The position numbers and the translations under genes were made by a program. Shown here in pieces: positions 35,235-49,900 of a stretch of 64,000 nucleotides of DNA. The DNA lies in the NCBI GenBank assembly GCA_030704615.1, contig CM060733.1, positions 67,518,001-67,582,000 of the forward strand, written 5' to 3'. The notes beneath the pieces are model-generated. The model saw only the letters and a program-made list of their open reading frames with translations, had not been told where the DNA came from and did no database searches. This stretch comes from Takakia lepidozioides. Its lineage: Eukaryota > Plantae > Bryophyta. Within the stretch, counting starts at the first letter, position 1; every line of letters starts with the position of its first letter.

Positions 35235-37607
35235 CATAAATCTACTATCATACTAGGGCTGTTCGTTGCTTCGCACTGTTAGTGACGACTTTTGAGAACA
35301 ATGTTAAACAAGTTCACAATTTATTTCCTTTTGATTGGAAATATAGTTACTTCGACAAGAGTTTTTTTTCCTTTCTTTCCTTCATATATGTGGTTCAATA
35401 TCTATGTATGTTTTAAATTTTAAATAAAAATACAATAGACATTAAAGAATTACAGTTTAGAAGATTTTTTCAATAAGAAATAGTATTAATCTTAAAATAA
35501 AACATATACAATCAAATAATGATACTGTTATTATAGAGAAAAAAGACTCCGGCTAGAGTTGACGTAACGAAAGCCATTTTATTTTATGACTAGTGCTCCT
35601 TATCGAGAGTGGGTTTTATAAAGGTTTTTATAGATCCAAGTTTTAATAATTAAACTGAAAATATTTAAACATAGAGACTGTGTGAAGGCTTATTTTGTGC
35701 TTGAATGAGACTCTCCCGTCCTCACAAGTGCACGTTAAACTAGGGGTGTAAGAGCTCGGAAGGAGCGGGCTTTACAGCACGAGAAGAGAGATGAACATGT
35801 AGAGGATCCCACGTACAACATATGCAGAGCTAACACACACACATCCAAAGCTCACAGATCACGTCCAGAAGCCCGTACACCAGGTTGTACATACGAGAAG
35901 AAGGGCCCTGACTCAAGGTCAGGAACAAGCTTATACCCAAAACCTAGGATGAGGCAATACCCCCACTTGGCAGCATGCCACGGGTTGCCTAGATTACAAA
36001 CAGATCTGGCCCGTAGACCAATGAAGGGGCCAGATGCAGTCACAAAGCTCTAGGATAACCTCAAACAAGTATAGGTCAGGCTGTATATTTGGTCTCTTGC
36101 CGTAAATACTAATGGCATGGGATAGACCTGTCAGACAGTGATGAATAGGCTGAAAGTCATGCCAGGAGAACATGAGCCATCACAACTGTATATATTTATA
36201 TACATCTAGTATCTATCATAGAAATGTGTATTTGATGTGTATTTATGATATATTAATATATCTATGTATTTAATTATCCAAAATATAGACGAGAGACGTG
36301 GCACTATGGCACCCTATTCCTTCTCTACACTATAACTAGTCTCCAGCCTTAATCCGGTTTGTGGGGACGTGCGTTTGTGGGTCTCTAAGTCTGCCAGAAT
36401 CTGCGGAGTGACTAGCCGTTGGCAACAAAGCGTGCTTCAGGATCTAAGTCATCAGGGGGGAAAACAAAGCCTTGCTTTCCAGAACGAGAGGGTCATGCTC
36501 AGCTTGGTGAATCGGCACCATTTGGTTTGAGCTCCCTGTAACTGGGAGAAGAGCTTGGTGCACCTTGAACTGGTTTCCATGGCAAAAGCTAGGAGCTAAT
36601 ACTACACCTTCGAGAAAACCGGGAATTTACAAGAAACAAAAATTATCATCTCACTTTGAGTACGATCTTCAGTCGAGAAACATGAATTGTGCAGCAAAAC
36701 TTTGTAAGTCCGGAGCATTGGAGCACCAGACCATGTAACAAACCCCGCCTACTCTCAAAATATTGTGTCCGTCCCATAAACTAGTAAGACCTTCAACAAG
36801 AACCTCCTGCGTATGGTGTGGCCTTCAACACCCCAGATATACAGAAACTGCCCTGATCACACTTCAGATGTATTAGACCAAGATTACCTAGCTACAAGGG
36901 ACGGAGAGACAGAATATAAGGAAATGTGGGATCCCGGTGTGTGCGAGTGGTCTTCTTCGCATGCCATGCCAACCGGCATACGTGCTGAGACTCCCTCCAT
37001 TAAGCCAAGTGCTGCAGCGCATTTCATCACGCGCATCCAAGATGCTCCTTGCTATGATCGCCTCGAGTGCCACCATCGTCGAACCCCTTTTAAACAATGC
37101 CCACAGAAAAGTACCTCCTTAACATGTGCTCGCACCAAAACCCCACATCTCTATCAGAGCCCCGAATCATTCTTAAATCCCCAAATCTCTCCACTGAAAG
37201 TAACTGACCCTGGTCACACTTCCCATTATCAACAGGTCAGGGGGAGACTGATGCAAATAGCAGGAGTTGACTTACGAGAGAACTGGCTCGCTTGAAGCAA
37301 TGGCAAATTACAGTTATTGGATAGAGTTTCACAATAACCAGTGTATAATGTGAAGTTAAACCTCTCAGTAAATGTATATAACCTTTAGTAACTTCACAAG
37401 CAGTGTTAGCACATTGAGAAAGCAGATGTGGACGCCCTACAACTACATCAATATGCCTCTCCGCATGTGTCTCTCTGATGTTCCTTGACATACATGTACT
37501 TCATCTCATTTACCAAGCCAAGTTCTACTAGATGACCAGAGCTTCAACATGGTTCTTCCTCTTCACGATCAATGGTTGCCCTTTGTGTCCACTCTATCCA
37601 GATGCAA

Positions 37608-37656
37608 TGGGGTCAATGGCCACAAGGCTACGGCAAACAACGTCTTATGAGTACAA
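37608..37656 (+). mobile_element. Very short 5'-truncated LINE A with target duplication
   Basis: LINE A 3' end GGTCAATGGCC...CGTCTTATGAGTACAA flanked by TCTATCCAGATGCAA on both sides. Confidence 0.8.
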
Positions 37657-37906
37657 TCTATCCAGATGCAAGGGTACCACAAGTAAGGTTGGGTCATTTC
37701 TCACATCCTTGTCAACTAGCCACATGTCCAGCGATGGCCTATGCACAAGACCAAGGATTCAAGTCAAGGGGCCTAAAAAGCATTCTAGTCTTGGACCCAG
37801 CAGTGCAGGTATCCACCAGAACTGGGAAGAGATTACTTTCTGCGGAGATTGTTATAAATCTGGCCAGTTGGCGACAACCTGTGTCTGTTAGTATGTCTCT
37901 CACAAT

Positions 37907-40900
37907 TCATGAGCCCCTGACATTGACATGCTTATGAAAGGGCCAAAGGTTAACAAGGCGCTCCAGAACTCCTCCACCTTTCATAAACAATCCTGAAAAC
38001 CCCTGTGGAGTAGTGGCAGGCGGGAAGTCCTCGGCCGGCATGGCAAATGGTCGAACCAACTTCTCCAGTCGATCGAGTGTCACATAGCACCCATCCTCTT
38101 GCAATGTCTCAGGGGGAAATACTGGCAGAGTGTGGTCGCGGTTGCGTGGGCTTGCCTGCGCCATCACAAAATACAGGACAACTTACTAGTATCGGCAAAG
38201 TTAGTGACGAAAAAGCAGACAATGGATTTGAAGGTTAACAATCATGTACCAAAGATTTGTTTGCACCCTTGTTCCAGAGACAGCAGGATCGCAAGGACTT
38301 ACCTCAAGGGGACTAAGGGCTGCTCCACTACTAAACATTAACTCTATTCGAAATCGCCTTGAGTCTTCTAATGGAACCTGCAACAAACACCAACCAGTTG
38401 TAGCACAACAACAGGTATTCAAACAAGGAGGACCTGTGCCTTCGCGGCACGAATCTAACACTGTCAACATTCCACAACAAAGGTAGCTTAAAGAAGGTAA
38501 TATGGATGAGAAGGAGAGCATTCTTACTGCAGTATTCTCATACATTCGTAAGACAATGTGTGTCAAGTAATCAAGCTCCTTAACTTCAAAGATCCGTTGC
38601 AGGCCTGTGTTGGAAACAAGGCCTGACTCCCCTTTCAAAGAGTCGTCCAGATGACAATATCTCAGTATGTTGATCAATGAGTGTATGTGCGACTCCTGCA
38701 TGTGTACTAATGTCAGTGTCCAGGAGCAAAAAGGGCCTAAGGATAAGAGCAAGAGAAATGAAATGGTGCTTTATAATGTCCGTCGTCTTTATAAGAGCAA
38801 GAGAAATGAAATGAAATGAAATGGTGCTTTATAACGTCCGCGGAAAGCTCGTAGAGCTTATGGGACAAAATGGAAGAAAACATGAGAGAGGAACAAATCC
38901 AGAAACCACAATTAATGTTCTAGCGATTGTCTAAGGGTGAAGGCCTCGTGTAGGTAGGCTGCCAAGCATTTTTGATCCTCATAGTGAAAGACATCAGTGA
39001 GAGTTTGGGTTCCACTGAATAAACAGTGGAATCTCCCACGGATCTCGTAGTACAGAGGGCAGTAGAAGAAGAAGTGTTCTTCAGTTTCAATTTCCTTGCT
39101 GCGCCCTATGCAAGCTGGACATAGGCAGTCCTCCCGTTGCAGGTTTTCCCATCTGCCAGTCTCTATCCGTAGGTTGTGGGAAACCCACCCTGAACCGCCC
39201 CAATGCCCTCAAGAGGGAAGGAGATAAGGGTGCTGAAAGGTAATTTGGTCTCAAGATTCTATCATCGCGGAGCACCAAGAATGTCTCTCGATAGAAGTGG
39301 AGCTTTGTCGTGAGATTGGGTAGCATCCAAGTTCTCTTGACATGTAATTCCATAAGCTCTCTCCGAATGAGTCTGTTGCGGTCATGTCTGGATGTGATGT
39401 CCACCTCATCTGGGTTCATTGGTAATAGGAAAGCAGTAGAAAGTCCGTTACGTTGAAATAAACTGTCCACTCGAGTATACCAGGAGTTCCTGAAACCTGC
39501 AGCTTTGAGCCTCATAGATGTTGTGAGGGCCCTAGCCACTAGCCCTTTGGGTGGAAGGGCCTGCAATCTATGGAGAAAGATTGTAAGCCTGAAGAGGGCC
39601 TCGGATTGCAATGGTACACATGCGAACTCTGCACCTAGGATCTGAGATGGAGTTGTGCTCCTGGCGCCAAGCATTGCTTGGAGAAAAGATGACTGTAATG
39701 GTTCCAAATTCTTTTCCCACCAGGAGACAGGGACACCAGGTGCCCAGAACTCACAACCATAGATGGTAGCAGGGCTGACGACGGTGTCAAACAGCCACTT
39801 TTTGGTCGGGGGATGCCGCAGATGTATTTGCTTGCATTTGGCCTGAAGGCGGACGGAGGCCGCCTTACCTTTGGTCAACCTGTCCAAGGCAGTGGCTGCA
39901 AAGTGAAACTTGGGGGAGTGGATAACCAGACCTAGGTACCGGTATGATTTCACAATCTCAATTTCCTGCTGGTTGAAGATGAATCTACGATCAGCCTGGC
40001 CATTGAAGACCATGATCTTGGTCTTGCTAAGATTGACCTGCATCCCATAGTCTTTGCAGAACTGTTCCAAAATTTTGAGATGGCGTTGCAGAAAGACCGG
40101 GGATTGTGCCAAAAGGGCAACATCATCAGCATAGAGGAGATCTGATTGGGTTGGTCCCCCATCCAATGGGACCCCAACCCCATGGTTTTTTGATATGTAA
40201 TTCTCCAAGGCGTCAATGTAGAGAGAAAGATGATGAGACGATGTAATCATAGCCTTGCTTGAGAGGATCACTGATAATCCACCAATTAAGACAGAATAAA
40301 AAGAGGCACACTGCCCAGAGGGTACAGCAAAAGATGGTTACTAAGGCGAAGAATCCAACCAATTATACACATGAGCAGGCAGATCCTAGGGAGGAAATAG
40401 AGGAATGGAGGGAAGTCAGCTAGCCAATTTGCATATTCGCCGCAATTCTCTAAGGTTGGATCAGAGCATACCGAAGTGAAGTAAAGTCGAGTGCGGACAT
40501 GCCTTTCTGGAGTCCTAACATTTGCATACCTGTCAGACAGTAACACTTCAAACTCAGTGATAAAATCACAAGATTCCAGACAGCAAGCCACTAGCTTTAG
40601 GGGAACAATATACCTGGAAATCTCCAGTAAAGAGTTTTGTACTTCTTGCTAAATAAGAGCTAATGGGTGAGTTTGATAAGCATGCTGTTAATCTTGAGAA
40701 ACAAGTCCACCCACTGCAAGGGTCATAAAAAGGGTGTTACAAAAAGGGTGCTTGCACATGCTTTACTAGTTAGCAACAGCTACTAACAGCCTCGGCACCC
40801 GTCACGTCACCCATGTGGAGGGCCTCGAGTCATTCATTTCATCTATGACGTTTGAGAAAAATGGTGGCAGGAGCTTAGCCAAGACAAATTACAAACAGAA

Positions 40901-43900
40901 TGGTCTTTCCAGATCATTAACAACGAGGTAACTACCAAAAGAGAATGTTGTGTCTCGAAGCTCAGAGAGAGACAATTGTTTTGCTTACTTAGGATCCAGA
41001 CGGTACTGTGTTTCCTTATCGTCGTCATCATCCGTCTCATATGACTTCTCTGTGCCAGAGGTCTGGCGCGAGCTGTCCACGCTGACACGAAGTTTCCCAC
41101 TTGATTTGTTAACTTCTTCTGTAGGCTTGGGTACCCTTGGATGTGCACTTGCTTTCACCGAATCCTGCTTATGCTTCACCTCTGCCACACTAATAGCCTC
41201 CTCTCTTGTGTTTCGAAGGTCAATCAGTATCTTTCCCATCAATCGGCGCGCAATCTGGACAGTCGACATCCAGGTGACTTGTATCATGTGAAGGTGTTAG
41301 GATTTAAAGACAAAATAAGAAAGAGTTATGGCGCCCGTAGGAGGCCTGGAGGACCAAAGGGACACAGTACACATCCTGGCTCACCCTGATTCAAAACAAT
41401 CCTAGCCACTGGAAATACCTGAGTGTCAGAGTCATTGCTAGCTTCTTGTGCTGGTGTCTGCTCTTTGTTCTCTTCCAGGTCTACATTGTCAAGGAACACA
41501 ATACAAATATTTCTTTCTTGGTTTTTCTTGGCAAGTGGTCCCCTGGTCTGTCTGCACTGGCTCTAGTGCTTCTCTGCCAGCTGCCCTGTCTGGGCTCTTG
41601 GTCTGATTGAGATTTCGGTTTATGAAATTCGACTGGACTTGTTCCCCTTGTAACAAGCTTGTCTTGTTCTCTCAAGAATGTTTCTTCATGAAGGCAGAGA
41701 GACAAATACCTTTGCTCCGATAATAAGCTTATGCTTGGGATTGATACCATATTCATTTGGAATAACCCCATCCGCCAGTCTCTGCCATCCGATTTAATCA
41801 TCATTAGATAACACAGCAGCTGGTAGACGGCATATATACACTTTCCAAAGTGACAATTCTCTGTCGGATAGCATATCGATGGTTAATCTTTGCTATAGAA
41901 ACTTGTATCAAGGCAGTCATCAGAGTACCAAGCAAGTATCAGGTCGGTACTTTGTCACACTTCAAAAATGCCACTAAAAGCACATTTCCCTTTACTTGAC
42001 CAGTCTATGGAACGTAGATCTGCACCTTGGCCACTCTGTAAAGTTCATCCAGACCCTCAAGATTCAAGTGTGCATTGTGTAAAAGATCATATCTGTACCA
42101 ACGTCACTATCAGGGCAAGTTTAGTGCCTAACTCATACTGAAACAAATGAGTGAAACATAAGCGATTTCAAGAAAATCTCAAACTGTATCTGGGTTATAA
42201 GATCCATCAAGACAATGCTCTACCCCACAGTTGAAAACCTACTCTGTTTGCAATGCTTACAAAATGAACCTAAGTGGACCTGAAGCATGTGAGAAGGGGA
42301 CAAAGGGTGGAAAGATGGAAGAAACACGACTACACTTTTTCAGTCCTTACTAATAGCTTTACCTAAACGTGAATTTGCTTTCTTGATGCGAGTTATCATA
42401 GATCTGATCTGAATACTTAAATTTACAGCCCCAAACAATAGCAGCCAACTGAGGGCCAAATCTTCAAACAATTTAACAGAAGCTGCCATTGATTAAGGAT
42501 TGGTAGGGGAGGCTTACTTGGAAGAATCGTATATGTCAGGCACCTTGCTTATGTCATATCGGCTGCATTCATACCGCCCCACAAGCTCATGAGTCCATTT
42601 TGCACCTGCCTCTGCCACTCATATTATTCCCTTTTCTTTATCCGAAGTAAAAGACAGGACACTACTCACAATCTTTCACTCATAGATATGTCTTGCATAT
42701 TTAGTCAAAAGAAGTTCCTTTCCTTGGTTCTACCGTTTCCTTTCTGTCATTGTGTTGTTCACGTAATAAATTCCAGTTATTTGTTTTTGTCTCTATTGGA
42801 TTGAAGTGCTTAACAGCTCCCCGCATGACGCCTGTCCCAATGCAACGGGTGGAATATTCTGCATTTGCTAATCTCAGTTCTACTTTGTCCCTACCACTCC
42901 TGGACCCACTGAGGAGGTGAGAAGTCCTCTCTGCACATTAAATGTTGGCCCAATTTGGGAACATACAAACAATGTGCCTGATCTGTGGACATGTGCCTAC
43001 ATTTTCTGATGCAGTGCAGTACAGTTGGTCTTCTGCTGTACTCAAAGGCCTCTTTATAAGCGCCAAAAAGACTTCCTGCACTTCTTTGTGATAAATTTCA
43101 CACTCTGCAGACCGCAACGTAACCGTGACCGTACATGTGTCAGAAGTCTAGGACATCCTGGAGGCAATCTGGAGGCCATACCCAATTTGAAGTCGCACTA
43201 CAGGAGTGAACCTGGGGTAATAGCCTCAAAACAACACAACTCTCAATGCAGACATGCATAGATCAAGCAAGGGTTACAGGTTGAGGATAAAGAAGACAGA
43301 ATGTACTCTTAAGAGGTTTGCCGTAGCCTTGTAGCCATAAACCCTATGCCAAGTTTGAGCAGAAGAGGGAGCAGACACTACCTTGTGAGGAGCTCACTCC
43401 AGTAGTGAAACTTACCTTCACATAAACAATTAGTTCGGGCTTTTCAGATTTCATCTAGAAAGCCCTTCACACAAGCATCAATCTGCTGTGTATGAGCTGC
43501 CCAACAATTAGACCCCAACAGGGTTTAGGCTCAGCCTTGAGTTTTGAAAGTTGGTAAACAGAGGTACCCTATGTTCTTGATGGTCCTGAAGAGGGTCACT
43601 CTCTGATGAGAATACCCCGGTCATTTTATCAGAAAATGGATATTGTCTTCAGGCCGCCCGCACATCAGGCATTGGCAATCTCCCTTTTCTCTGCATCTGG
43701 TTATGGTTCAAAGGTATACTCCCCTCCCTGAGTTTAGAGGACAGACATAGTAAGCAAGAGCTACTAAGCTTGAGTTAGTCTCAAAGAGGATTGGCTAAGT
43801 CATAATAGCTGCCTCGTCTTTCAGCTTAGCCATTTCCTCTTTTGCGTCATGTCGGACGAGGGCATTCTCCATCCTCCACTCTTGTAACCATTGCTGTGAT

Positions 43901-46900
43901 GCTAGGTATGCATGAGACATGGGGCAGAAGATTGTGGAGTATGCAAGATACATGATGTGAAGTCAGAAACTAAAAGATACGAGGAAGACACTACTATCTT
44001 CTCCCCATCTTCTCAGAGAATGCTATCGTTGGCAGAGGCTTTCGGTCATGAAGAGCAGAAAGGCTAGCAACTTATTTGCATGAGGCCCTCCTCCATAAGA
44101 TATGAACCCACGGAGTCTATCAAGATTGGAATCCTATATTGGTTGTGGAGAACCCATTTGGTAGGCCCTTTGATCCATGTGGACAAACATAAATATTCCT
44201 TCTTTTCTCTTTCTCTGTTCTATTTTTGGGCTTTTGTCTTGTTTTTCTTTGTTCCACACTGATATCATATAAGCTCTTTGGACTGCATCTGGATAGTCAA
44301 ATTCCTTTCTTTATTTCTGATTGATTATTTCCTTTCTTCCAGTTCTGCAAAGAATATGGGATGCAAGTCAATCTTAGCAAGACCAAGATCATGGTCTTCA
44401 ATGGCCAGGCTGATCGTAGATTCATCTTCAACCAGCAGGAAATTGAGATTGTGAAATCATACCGGTACCTGGGTCTGGTTATCCACTCCCCCAAGTTTCA
44501 CTTTGCAGCCACTGCCTTGGACAGATTGACTAAAGGTAAGGCCGCCTTCAGGCCAAATGCAAGCAAATACATCTGCGTCATCCCCCAACCAAAAAGTGGC
44601 TGTTTGACACCGTCGTCAGCCCTGCTACCATCTATGGTTGTGAGTTCTGGGCATCTGGTGTCCCTGTCTCCTGGTGGGAAAAGAATTTGGAACCATTACA
44701 GTCATCTTTTCTCCAAGCAATGCTTGGCGCCAGGAGCACAACTCCATCTCAGATCCTAGGTGCAGAGTTCGCATGTGTACCATTGCAATCCGAGGCCCTT
44801 TTCCGGCTTACAATCTTTCTCCATAGATTACAGGCTCTTCCACCCAAGGGGCTCGTGGCAAGGGCCCTCACAACATCTATGAGGCTCAAAGCTGCAGGTT
44901 TCAGGAACTCCTGGTATGCTCGAGTGGACAGTTTATTTCAACGTAACGGACTTTCTACTGCTTTCCTATTACCAATGAATCCAGATGAGGTGGACATCAC
45001 ATCCAGACATGACCGCAACAGACTCATTAGGAGAGAGCTTATGGAATTACATGTCAAGAGAACTTGGCAGCTACCCAATCTCACGACAAAGCTCCACTTC
45101 TATCGAGAGACATTCTTGGTGCTCCGCGATGATAGAATCTTGAGACCAAATTACCTTTCAGCATCCTTATCTCCTTCCCTCCTGAGGGCATTGGGGCGGT
45201 TCAGGGTGGGTTCCCACAACCTACGGATAGAGACTGGCAGATGGGAAAACCTGCAACGGGAGGACCGCCTATGTCCAGCTTGCATAGGGCGCAGCAAGGA
45301 AATTGAAACTGAAGAACACTTCTTCTTCTACTGCCCTCTGTACTACGAGATCCGTGGGAGATTCCACTGTTTATTCAGTGGAACCCAAACTCTCACTGAT
45401 GTCTTCCACTATGAGGATCAAAAATGCTTGGCAGCCTACCTGCACGAGGCCTTCACCCTTAGACAATCGCTAGAACATTAATTGTGGTTTCTGGATTTGT
45501 TCCTCTCTCATGTTTTCTTCCATTTTGTCCCATAAGCTCTATGAGCTTTCCGCGGACGTTATAAAGCACCATTTCATTTCATTTCATTTCCTCTCTCCTC
45601 TGACATCTCTTCCTAGTGTGCAATCATTGCCCACCCAATCTACAAGTAGGGAGAGGGTAAAATACTCACTCTTTGCGTTCATTGTAGATGTCCCGTTCTA
45701 ATTTCTTCCAGCGGGCAAACATAAGGAGAAACCCCTCGCTGCCACATGGTAGGCCAGCAGCAATCCGGTCCACATCCATGTTGGTCTTGCCAAGGGCGCG
45801 GGCTTGGTCGTAAGGTGGAAGCTCCTGATCCAGGAATGTTGAATCCAGACTCTCGTCTTCAGCTTTACAAAGCACTTTCACAGCCAACCGCTCTTCTTCA
45901 GCTTTACAAAGCACTTTCACTTGTGCTGTAACTCTCTTTGTGAGATCAACCTGATGCCATCCAAGGTACTTAATCCAAAGCACTGAAATCTCGAGTAGGT
46001 ATACTCATGTGGGACAGAAATCCTTTCGAGGTGCTATTCATTCCTCACTTTCTCTAAGACAAAGAACTCCAATCTACAAGGTAGCCGTGTGTGACCTAGC
46101 CAAAGATCGTGCAAAGAGGGAGCCTGAAAAAGAAACTGCTGTGAAAGGGATGTTCAAATGTGACCACAACTCGGTGTGGGGAGCACCTTACTTTGACAGT
46201 TGATGATGATCACACCATAATTTACAACGACAGGTTGGGTAATAGGGAAACTGTTAAGAATTAATCAGCTAAATGCTATTGGTAATTACGGCCAGTCTCC
46301 TCCTTTGGGGATATCCTCAGGTTCTCAGCATCAGCATAGCAGGTCTTAAGAATGATCCCAGTGGTAGCAAGCAATTTGAATTGTGAAGGAAGGAGAGGAT
46401 GAGTGTGGACCAGTTTCCTCATCAGAGCCAATGAATTTGGGGGCATGCCACCTCCATCTACCATCCATGGAGAGTCTGGTTTTAAAGCATTTGGAGGTGC
46501 CCGAGTCTCTGATGATGTCATCACTTCATACAACTTGGCCTGCACACACCTCACAATATATGGGTAGTGTCAGGATGTGTGTAGCTTGAACAGTTAAGAA
46601 GTGCCTAACGAAATTGTTTTTCTCAAGTATAATCATCACTAACAGAAATTACAAATGGTCACTAACAGCATGACATATAGTTATTGCAAACCTTCCATTC
46701 TATTGTGCATCAACTTGTTTCCAGTCTGTGACATGGGGGAGGACATCATGGATGACCTCAAGGGTCTACCCACTCTCGGCACTAGACTGAAATTTATACT
46801 CAGGGCAGGAAGCCTACCTTTGAACAGCAAACAGAAGCAGAGAGGAAAGGGAGAGTGCAGTTGCCCGTTGTGTGGGCTGTTGGAAAACCACTGGCGTGTG

Positions 46901-49900
46901 GTCGGGCTAGGGATTGAACCTAGGACCTCCCCCATTCCGGTGAGGTGCTCTACCACTGAGCTACCCGTCCCGTTCTGTTCTCAAAGTGCCGTGCAAGGGC
47001 TATAACCTTGACACTCCAACACTCCCCCTCAAGGCATAGCCCTTATAGCTAATGCCCACCCATTCTGACCACCACCCCAACCTTGGCTCTGATACCATGT
47101 TGGAAAACCACTGGCGTGTGGTCGGGCTAGGGATTGAACCTAGGACCTCCCCCATTCCGGTGAGGTGCTCTACCACTGAGCTACCCGTCCTGTTCTGTTC
47201 TCAAAGTGCCGTGCAAGGGCTATAACCTTGACACTCCAACATGGGCAACCTGAAGACAATATTCATTTTCTGATTCATTGTCCGGGGTTCTCTCACCAGA
47301 GAGACGCTCTCCTCAAATCTATCACGAGAATTGTGCCTGTATATCTGTTTACCAACTTTGAAAGTCTCGAGGCTGAGCCAAAACCCAGGCCCTTTTGGGG
47401 CCTAGTTATTGGGCAAACCACACACAGCACGTTGATGCTTGTGTAAAGGGATTTCTAGAGGATATCTGGAAAACCCGGATCAATTGTTTATTCCAAGGTA
47501 AGTCTTACTACCGGCGTCAGCCCCTGACAAAGGTAGCTTCTGTCCCTTTGTGTTCCGCTCAAACTGGGCGCGGGGTCAATGGCCAGAAGGCTACGGCAAA
47601 CAACGTCTTATGAGTACATTCTATTGTGCATCAGCTTTTCTTCTCTTCAGTCCTTACCTTGGCCTCTTCCATCTCAAAACTGGCTGTATCAAGCCCATCC
47701 AGCATGGGTGAGTCCTTGCTTACTAGTGATACCTGCAATCCATTCCTTGACATACATCACAAACTTGTCTTGCAATGATACTCTAAACAACCATGTGAAA
47801 CTCATAAGTATCACTCTCCTTTTGGACTGAAATCAAGCTTAAGAGGTGTAACTACTGCACCTTTCCTCGTCAATGGTGCCCATCCTCTCTCATGTCTGTA
47901 TAACCACCTAAAAGTAGTATGCGCCCAAACAGCAATAGACACATGGGCCATAGAGCCATTCACCAAGATGGGAGTCAATTGTCCTTCCAAATCAAGTAGA
48001 CCCTTTGCAAAGGCCGCCGCTGACATCTGCGGGTCCATACATGCATGAGAGTCAGTAGAAATAAGAGAACGATCTTTTCCAAGAGAGTCTAACTTCCGCT
48101 AGATATTTGAACTATTAGCTCAATAAAGAGAGTTTCTTGAAAAGCTAGAGATGCTACTAAGGTGATCATCTTTTACTTCCAGCACTAAAAATTGGTGAAG
48201 GTTTTACCTGGACGCGCCCCTCATCAGAGCTGTAGATCTTCAAGTCATGCCTATATGTACTATGAAGACGCAGCAAACCCGTACCCTCTCCTGTTCCAAA
48301 CAGTCTGTGAGTTGGATATCGACCTCAACAACCTTCCTCCTCACAATTCAGGATAGAAAAGAAAAGAAATGATACTTAATAACATCCGCGGGAAGCAAAG
48401 AGCTTGAGACAAGAAAGCATCAAACAAGAAATGAAATGAAATGGTACTTTATACATGAAACAAGAAAGAGAGAGGGCCCCTCCACTAAGAGTGAATGCCT
48501 CATGCAGATTTTGCCCCAGAAGAGAGGGAGATAGTTGCAGACAGGTCATTGGACCGCAAGATTCTAAAGAAATGAAATGGTACTTCATAACATCCGCAGA
48601 AACAAAGCAACTGTGGAGCTGGAAGCCCAAAGAGCTTATGCGTCAATAAGGATGTGCAACAAACAAATGAAATGAAATGAAATGGTACTTTATAACGTCC
48701 GCGGAAATCTCAAAGAGCTTATGGGACAAAATGGAAAAAAATGAAATGGTGCTTTATAACGTCCGCGGAAAGCTCAAAGAGCTTATGGGACAAAAGAAAG
48801 CAAGAAACAAGGAAAAAAGTGAGGAGAAAGAAGCCATCTACTCTTTATATCGAGAGAAAGAATGAAATGAACTTTATAACATCCATGGGAAGCTCAAAGA
48901 GCTTAGATGACAGAAGGAAAGCAGTAAATTTGGGTCCAACAAAGAAGTTTACTACATCCATGTAGGCCAAAGGGACAGGAAACAAAAACAGAACCAAACA
49001 ACTATTAAAGTACTTAAACAAAGCCAGAAAAGAGAAACAAAAACCCTAATGTCTATGGAGGGCCCCAAAAAGAAAAGAAATGAAATGGTAACTTAACAAG
49101 AGCTTATGGGACTAGAGAAAGCATGAAACAAAGAAAGAGAGGCGGCCCTACACCAGCAGCGCAAAAGCAACTAAAGCTCAAGGGATTGTCTAAGAGAAAG
49201 AAACTTTATAGCGTCCACATAGGGCCAGGAGTGCCAGTTGCACACTGTAGAACGAACCAAGAGCTAAATCCGAAGTAGAAAATTTATTGCGTCGGCAGAA
49301 GGCCCAAAGGTCCCATTGGATCCAAAGATAGTTCTGAAACTGCAATTTCCAAATTGAGGAAGACCCAAATCCTTGAATGATGGTGAAGGGGGGGGAATGG
49401 CAGTTGGCAATAACCCTCACCTGGATACATGATATTTCTGAAAGAGCGGCCCAACTCTTCTGCCTGCACAACAGGACTTGTTGCTTGAGTAGGTAGGAAC
49501 CATCTGTCTACCCACCTTATCTAGAAACGTTTTCGGACAGTTCTGAGTGAACCAGAAATCCCTGGAAGAGTGGGTTTAAAATATACTTAAACCAATGGGA
49601 ACAAAACAGCGAGCTATTGCCAGGAGATTACATCTAAATCCACTACACATTCACTTCACAACTGGACCAACCTGTCAACAGAAGTAACAGACTTAATGCT
49701 GACTAGGACTTTTCATTGATCGGGAGGCTGCTGACATTATAGATGTTCTATAGCTTACCCATACCATGGGTACTTTTGTTCACAAATGGTGAACGGTGAG
49801 AGCTTTATCACCTGCTTGCGCCCGGCATGGGTAAGAACACCCCCATACTTCAACACCATCAATGCCTCTATGGGGCGCTCTTCTTCTGTTTCATCATCTT

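Noticed and set aside
36813-37295. 160-aa ORF downstream of VIH
   Set aside because: No recognisable motif, homolog within the window or splice support
46899-47189. Two tRNA genes
   Set aside because: They lie inside the LTRs of a TRIM and have imperfect acceptor and anticodon stems; treated as tRNA-derived
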